A stretch of 64,000 nucleotides of DNA, from assembly GCA_964016885.1 (NCBI GenBank), contig OZ024742.1, positions 67,146,001 through 67,210,000 of the forward strand. Reading direction: 5' to 3'. Each line of letters begins with the position of its first letter. Position 1 is the first letter of the stretch. The notes below the pieces were generated by a model that was not told where the DNA came from, did no database searches, and worked only from the letters and a program-made list of their open reading frames with translations. Made by a program: the position numbers and the translations under genes. The stretch comes from Eledone cirrhosa (Eukaryota). This document shows positions 57,278-64,000 of this stretch, piece after piece.

Positions 57278-57796
57278 TATATATAATATATGAGATCAAA
57301 AGATGGTTAAAAGAGTTCCATGTATCTTATGCGCATTTCAAAATAAAATATCATCATGCAATAACATTTGTGTTTCCATCAGATAAAATAGGAAGACATG
57401 ATATGAAGGTTAAAAACCACTTGTGAATAGTTCAGTTTTAAATCAACATATGAAAAGTATTGATGTGTGATATTGTGAAAAAAAATGTTGAGGGGGGGAG
57501 GGGAGACGATGAAAAAGGGGAGGAGGTGAGAGTAAAAAGTGGAGGGGGAGGAGTATAATGAGGAAGGATGAGATAGGAAGAGAGATGGGTGATAGAGAGA
57601 GAGAGATAGCTTTTATAACTGAGAAAAATATATTGTTTTACATAGAGAGGTTGAAAAACCGTTGGAAGATAATATATAAATTAAAAGAATTTCAAAATTA
57701 ACGAAGTGAAAAATAATGTTAAGTTAAGGTTTGTATATTGAAGGATTTAATAATATGTGCGATGAAAAGAAATTGTTAATATGTATTAAGAATAAT

Positions 57797-57922
57797 TGTT
57801 TCTACGTTTTGGCACAAGGCCAGAAAATACCCAGTGCATTACTGGTACTTTATTTTATCGACCCCGTAAGGATGAAAGGCAAAGTTAACCTCGGCGAGAT
57901 TTGAACTCAGAATGGCAAGGCC
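57797..57922 (-). mobile_element. SINE family 1 nested in the PLE C UTR
   Basis: Flanked by duplicated gtattaagaataat. Confidence 0.85.
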
Positions 57923-58464
57923 GTATTAAGAATAATATTTAAGAGTTTAATAATATGTGCGATGGAAAGAAAATGTTAATATGTATTAAGAATAATATTT
58001 AAGGGTTTAATAATATGTGCGATGGAAAGAAAATGTTGATATGTATTATTAAAAAAACAATAGTAATGTAAGTAAGGATATATTAGATGAGCATGAAAGG
58101 GAGAAAAAAATAATGAATTGAGGATGAATAATCTAACGTCAAAAAAATGTTTATGTTTACGAAGGATTTTTTCAAGGTGATATAAAGTAAGAATATATTG
58201 TACTGTGTAATAATTGTTTCTATGTTAGGCACAATGAGAAAAGGTAAAGATTAGAGGTTAGAAGTTAAAAGAAAAAGGAAAAGAAAAGGAAAAGGAAGAA
58301 AGTGAAGTGATAAATAGGAGTGATATAGAATGAGTAACTAGTATTATATAATGTATAATAAATAACTTTGAAATAAGGTAGAAGGATGGGTATATTTTTA
58401 AAGAAGTATATATTTATATATGTGCCTTTGAGAAAAGGATTTTAAATTGATAAAGTATTAGATA

Positions 58465-59990
58465 TTAGCTGTATACTTTATGGAATGTTCTGTGGAATTT
58501 ATGCAAGCAGAGAGAAAACAAGTCAGTGCGTCTATTTATTATAGAATCTAAATTAGATACAATGGTAAATTTTTCATTTAAACAGAGATTGCAAATCTTG
58601 GATAGAGAACTGTTCAAGGAAGCAGAGGAAACCTTTTTCCAAGAGATGTTATATTTAATATGTTTGTCTTTCAAGGACCATATGAGTTCTGAGAGTGCCG
58701 TGTTGGTTCTTTTAAGTTGGTATTTAAAAGACGAATGATGATTATAAAGACGAGCTTTAAAGGGGGTGGAAGTGGAGCCAAAATAGGTGAAGGAATTGGT
58801 GTCAGATATAACTTTACATTCGTAGATTAAGTTTTTTTCAAGACAATGGTTGTTGAAAGGACATTTATTTTTAACAGGGCAATTGCAATTGCGATTAGAG
58901 AGATTAGCAGAGTTATTAACGAGTGACCTAGTGTTATCTATAGAAGGAATTGGATTAGAGAAGTTATTTACGATAGGAATAATAGTTTCGTTATTTAGAA
59001 TGGGATTAAGAACATTTAGCGAAGTTGTGTTTCACGTTGTATTTGGGTTTGCAGAAATTAGCCTAGAGTTTACAATGACCTCGGGAGTACTATTACTATT
59101 ATTATGATATTCAGTGTTGGAAGGAAGAGATTTAGTATTTAGTATTTTATTGTTGTGTTTAGAGATAATGTTGGAAATGTTGGAGGAGGTCGAATAGGAA
59201 AATTGTATAGTATGTTTGTTAAATATTTTACTATAGATATGTGAGGGAGGGAAGCATTTATTTAAGGCACTAAAGAATAATTTAGGAATATTATTATTAA
59301 TAGAGATGGAGAAAGGAGCATTATACCAGATTATGTTTTTGTATCTAGGTCTTTTATTAAAGTTATTGGAATGATCATGATTAATTATTCTACTGTTAGA
59401 TCTTCTAGAATTTGTTTCTTTACTATATTTGATTTTATCAGGATAGCCGGCTTTAGAAAGCGCGTTATTATAGTAATTGGCGTTAGCATCAAAGATGTTT
59501 TTATTAGAAGATAGGTTAGATATTCTTTTTCCAATATTACTAACTATAGCATTCTTAATATTAGTGGGGTGGTTAGATTTAAAATTAACATAATTTAGGT
59601 TCTCATTGTTTTTATGGTAAGGGTAATATAGGCCAGTGTCAAGATTAAGGGATACATCCAAGAAATTAGCTAGTTTGATACTGTTATCAAATACAATTTT
59701 TAACTTATGTTGGTTAAAGAGATTACGTATATTGTTCTTAATAATATTAAGGTTAACTATGTTGCAATTTAAGATAGTAAAGAGTCCATCGTCACGATAA
59801 ATTCCACCGCGAAGTTGAGGAATTTTCCGACTCAAAGAGTTCAAAATAAAGATACCAATTAAATCTGTCAATTTGGATGAATCGGATGCTCCCATTATGA
59901 TGTCGAAGTTGTTAGAGGTATCAGCTCTGGTCCAATATTCATTGTTGAACTCTAGGATGGTTTTATGTAGGGTGAGAATGATGTGAAGTT
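58465..59990 (-). pseudogene. PLE RT plus GIY-YIG endonuclease, one in-frame TGA at 59032-59034
   Basis: FDIIMGASDS, GIYRDDGL, NFLDVSLNL, IIWYNAPF, CNCPVKNKCPFNNHCLEKNLIYEC...YFGSTSTPFKARLYNH...CNLCLNEK. I read 58675-59031 manually and found it open and in frame. Confidence 0.9.
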
Positions 59991-60136
59991 CATCTTGAAA
60001 TGCGCATAATAAAATACATGGAACTCTTATAACCATCTTTTGATCTTATATATTATGTATACTCCAGTCCTACAAACTGCAGAGTGCTTCTTATCCGATA
60101 TCTGCATTGCTTTATTGTACTACAATAAAACTCACG

Positions 60137-60184
<48 letters not shown>

Positions 60185-60188
<4 letters not shown>

Positions 60189-60362
60189 GTTTCTACTTTA
60201 GGCACAAGGCCAGCAACTACCCAGTACATTACTGGTACTTTATTTTATCGACCCCGTAACGATGAAAGGCAAAGTTAACCTCGGCGGGATTTGAACTCAG
60301 ACTGTAAAGGGACGTAACTATGCTAGAAAGCATGGCATCCAACCCTCTACCGATACTGCCAA
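60185..60362 (-). mobile_element. SINE family 1
   Basis: actggtactttattttatcgaccccgtaacgatgaaaggcaaagttaacctcggcgggatttgaactcag. Confidence 0.85.
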
Positions 60363-60364
60363 TA

Positions 60365-61667
60365 ATCAAGGTTTAGCAGATATGAAAAAGTTTCAAAATA
60401 AATTTTTAAAAATTCACTGTACTCACTATGGTTACCTTTACAGCAATTCTGTCCAGTGCCGTGTATAAAGATAGAAGCAGAGGCAGGGAGGTCAGTCTAC
60501 TACCACTATAAATAGCAGCAGTCAGAACGACTAAATTTTATCTCGACCAAGAGGAGGATAATAATAATATATCCCTACACGCATAAAGCGTCTAGTGGCA
60601 CATGTATTGTCCAACCATATGCCAATGTGATTCAATGGCAGTTTAATAAATTAACGAGCCAGAACATATAATCAAGGTTTAGCAAATAAGAAAATGTTTC
60701 AAAATAAATTTTAAAAAATTCACTGTACTGACTATGGTTACCTTTACCGAATCGGTTTCGAGTTTCAAAAATAAATGGACAGTCCTTGCGGCCTTCCATT
60801 GTAGAGATAAACTCTCGTCAGAAGGTTCTTTTGACTCAGAGAATATAAAATTCCCGTGTTCAAATTACGAACTGGCGCTATTCAAAATTGTTCCCGAGAT
60901 GAGAATGAATGATGTGGAAGCAATTCTGTCCAGTGCCGTGTGTAAAGATAGAAGCAGAGGCAGGGAGGTCAGTCTACTACCACTATAAATAGCAGCAGTC
61001 AGAACGACTAAATTTTATCTCGACCAAGAGGAGGATAATAATAATATATCCCTACACGCAAAAAGCGTCTAGTGGCACATGTATTGTCCAACCATATGCC
61101 AATGTGATTCAATGGCAGTTTAATAAATTAACGAGCCAGAACATATAATCAAGGTTTAGCAAATAAGAAAATGTTTCAAAATAAATTTTAAAAATTCACT
61201 GTACTCACTATGGTTACCTTTACCGAATCGGTTTCGAATCTCAAAAATAAATGGACAGTCCTTGCGGCCTTCCATTGAAAAGATAAACTCTCGTCAGAAG
61301 GTTCTTTTCACTCGGAGAATATAAAATACCCGAGTTCAAAGTACGAACTGGCGCTATTCAAAATTGTTCCCGAGATGAGAATGAATGATGTGGAAGCAAT
61401 TCTGTCCAGTGCCGTGTGTAAACATAGAAGCAGAGGCAGGGAGGTCAGTCTATACCACTATAAATAGCAGCAGTCAAAACGACCAAGTTTTATCTTGACC
61501 AAGAGGAGAATAATAATAATAAAGTATATATCCCTATACGCAAAAAGCCTCTAGGGACACATGTATTGTCCAACCATATGCCAATGTGGTTCAATGGCAG
61601 TTTAATAAATTTCGGTTTCAAATAAGAAATAGTTTCTAAGTAAATTTTAAAAAATTCACTGTACTCA

Positions 61668-61668
<1 letters not shown>
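60365..61668 (-). mobile_element. Retrozyme-like tandem array with 476-nt monomer and hammerheads at 60740-60826 and 61216-61302
   Basis: accuu-CUGACGA-gaguuu...aaacuc-GAAA-ccgauucg-GUA-aaggu. About three units, the first with the HHR body deleted. Non-coding. Confidence 0.85.
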
Positions 61669-61734
<66 letters not shown>

Positions 61735-62631
61735 TATAAATTACCGAGAATCGCATTTCGGCTATTAGAAATTAGCGAAAAGCAAATTCCGAGATGTGTG
61801 GCAAGTACTCCATAGAAACTAGTGAACTAGAGCAACAGCATAAGTTAAAAGGCCAAACACACCGAGACGATGGTTAAACCATTATCCGCAAAGCCATAGT
61901 AACGACCAAGCTACTCGGGTCAAACAAATAATAAAATATGATTGAAAATTATACTCGGCCCCATGGAAACGGTGGTAAGATCCAATATAGGGTTTCTGCA
62001 ACTCCTAAATCAGGTACTGTTTGCTTACACAAATAATGTTAAGCTTTTGGATAGATGATCGAACAAGGAAGTCACCTTTTTAACAGGCATTTAGTTCTAT
62101 GCAAAGCTAAGGACTGACCGTTATCAAAACCCACGTTGGGTGTGATAAGGGAGACAATCCCTAGACTTTCCGGATGAATTCAGTATGTGTGTTATTGCAA
62201 AATTGCAAAATATCACAAAACGAATTAAGCTCTCAACAGAATAGTTTTATAAATTAACAAGAGCTATTAATCAGTCAATAGAATTAACTAAAAAAAATTA
62301 AAAAAATTAACTGGTTAATAGCTAGACTCTGGAGATTAATACAAATATAAATTAGCAAGAATCGCATTTCGGCTATTGGAAATTATCTAGCGTCTATAAT
62401 AACGGTCTTTTTCTGTTCTAATGTATCCATCTTAACTTATATCCCTTGTGATTTAGAATTGTTATCTCACTTCCGATAGCGGCCTATACTAGTAAGTTTG
62501 CGCTATGGTATGTCAATATCTTAACACCAAATATTATAATTTATCTCATGAAAGCACACTAAAATTCAGTATCCTTCAAATGCGTATAATAAAACAAATA
62601 TGGTATGACATTGTTAATATATATATGAGGA

Positions 62632-63430
62632 TCGATCAAGAATCCTTTTACTAAGTCTACCTAAATCGGACTTCGTAGGGTTAATAAGCCGAATAGAGGG
62701 GTTGTTCGGAAAATTGGATTTGTGATCCTTCAGGGTAAAGTGGGGAGAAATAGGGTCCAGAGGATCGGTCCGGTCCAGGATGTTGAGATCAGAGGTGATT
62801 TTAAACCCAGCATCGTTGATTTCATTGATGACGCACCGATTAGTTTTACGGTAATCCTCAGTTACAGCATTATGTAGGAGTTGATGGTAAGTACTGCGCT
62901 CCACTTGATATAGGTTGCCAGTTTTGTCGGAATTGACGTGCACGGAATTAGAATCCTTAATAGAACGAATTATATTCTTCAGGTCCTGCTGGAAGGAATT
63001 GCTCCTTTCCGAAATTTGATACTCCGTATGAGTTCCAAGACATCATGTTCAAAGGGTAATAAACTCCTGATACAGAAAACAGACGCGTTCATTAAAAGGT
63101 TGCGTTGGCGTGCCTTTTATTTCGAAAATCCACGAAAAGCTGACAAAAAACAGGATAAATTTGGGTTTAAAACCTATAATAACCCTCCGTGTAACCCAGC
63201 ATTGCTACCCTTTGAAAATGATGTCTTGGAACTCATACGGAGTATCAAATTTCGGAATAGGAGCAATTCATTCCAGCGGGACCTGAAGAATAGAAGTCGT
63301 TCTATTATGGATTCTAATGCCGAGCACGTCTATTCCGACAAATATTTGCGCTACGGTTCTTATATATTTGATATATAGTTATCCTTATCGAGCCCTCTTT
63401 GGATTTTAGTCTTCAAATTTATTATTACTA
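62632..63430. mobile_element. Fold-back of a Naiad N-terminal ORF segment joined to the family A tail
   Basis: Minus strand SDKTGNLY...FTLKDHKSNF..NPSIRLINPTKSDLG. Plus strand FIKRLRWRAFYF...FGFKT...LLPFEND. 62925-63058 is inverted relative to 63203-63340. Confidence 0.85.
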
Positions 63431-63557
63431 TATATATATATATATATATAAACGGAAAATCTGAAACGAAATTTCATTTCTCACTCTTAGTACGGCTGTT
63501 ACTTAAATATAAGTATGTACACGTACATACATATATGTATACAGACGTACAGTAGTA

Positions 63558-63621
<64 letters not shown>

Positions 63622-63763
63622 CATGCACACATATATACATGTACGTATGGATTCACCGAACATTTATTATAATGCCCGGTGTGTTTGTAAACAAACATCC
63701 AGAATTAAGCCGTACAGTGTCTAGCAACCGTCGTTGGTCATTTGTTCATCACTGACAAAGGAA

Positions 63764-63804
63764 CGCTGTACTAGTTTCAAGCTTATTAACTATCGTCAGC
63801 AACG
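63764..63804 (-). ncRNA. Intact minimal type I hammerhead in a (TA)n-flanked non-coding insert (about 63500-63940)
   Basis: cguug-CUGACGA-uagu(uaauaa)gcuu-GAAA-cua-GUA-cagcg, with palindromic stem III ACUAGU. Confidence 0.8.
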
Positions 63805-63960
63805 TATACCTTCCTGCCAGATAGTTGAACGTCTGAAAGTATATACTTTCCTTATGCATATTAACGGCTGATCAGCCTAATTCGCATATCGAGTGAGTTA
63901 ATCGGCCGGGGTACCGAAAACAATAAACGGAAAAAATGAAACGAATATATATATATTTAT

Positions 63961-64000
<40 letters not shown>

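Larger units (their letters stand above)
57290..60137 (-). mobile_element. Naiad-type PLE family C with an inverted 5' pLTR piece (about 59995-60137) and HHR at 57322-57390
   Basis: RT/GIY-YIG ORF and a long 3' UTR with 60-bp tandem repeats. (TA)n on both sides. Confidence 0.9.

Noticed and set aside
60365-61668. Tandem repeats as a CRISPR array
   Set aside because: Long near-identical units with no unique spacers, no cas genes, and a eukaryotic context.

Overview
AT-rich, microsatellite-saturated eukaryotic DNA. The SINE families and (TA)n/(CA)n load suggest an octopus/cephalopod genome (inference). No intact host gene is recognisable. Most long ORF-track entries are microsatellite artefacts. 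The window is dominated by Penelope-like retroelements (PLEs): at least three Naiad-type families and one Neptune/Nematis-type, each with RT and a C-terminal GIY-YIG endonuclease, 5'-truncated and with inverted pseudo-LTRs. It also holds at least nine hammerhead-ribozyme (HHR)-bearing sequence families, some intact and some partial or degenerate. These include two non-coding tandem arrays (322-nt and 476-nt monomers) that look like non-LTR retrozymes. One of them is a dimer bounded at both ends by its predicted self-cleavage sites. Nearly all of these inserts sit in (TA)n tracts and show fold-back junctions. Two divergent Naiad ORFs are each broken by a single in-frame UGA in the RT-EN linker, in the same ACG-TGA-AAC context. 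Also present: an R4/Dong-type LINE, RTE and L1/Tx1 remnants, a Helitron helicase relic, a piggyBac relic, mariner-type MITEs and many tRNA-derived SINEs.
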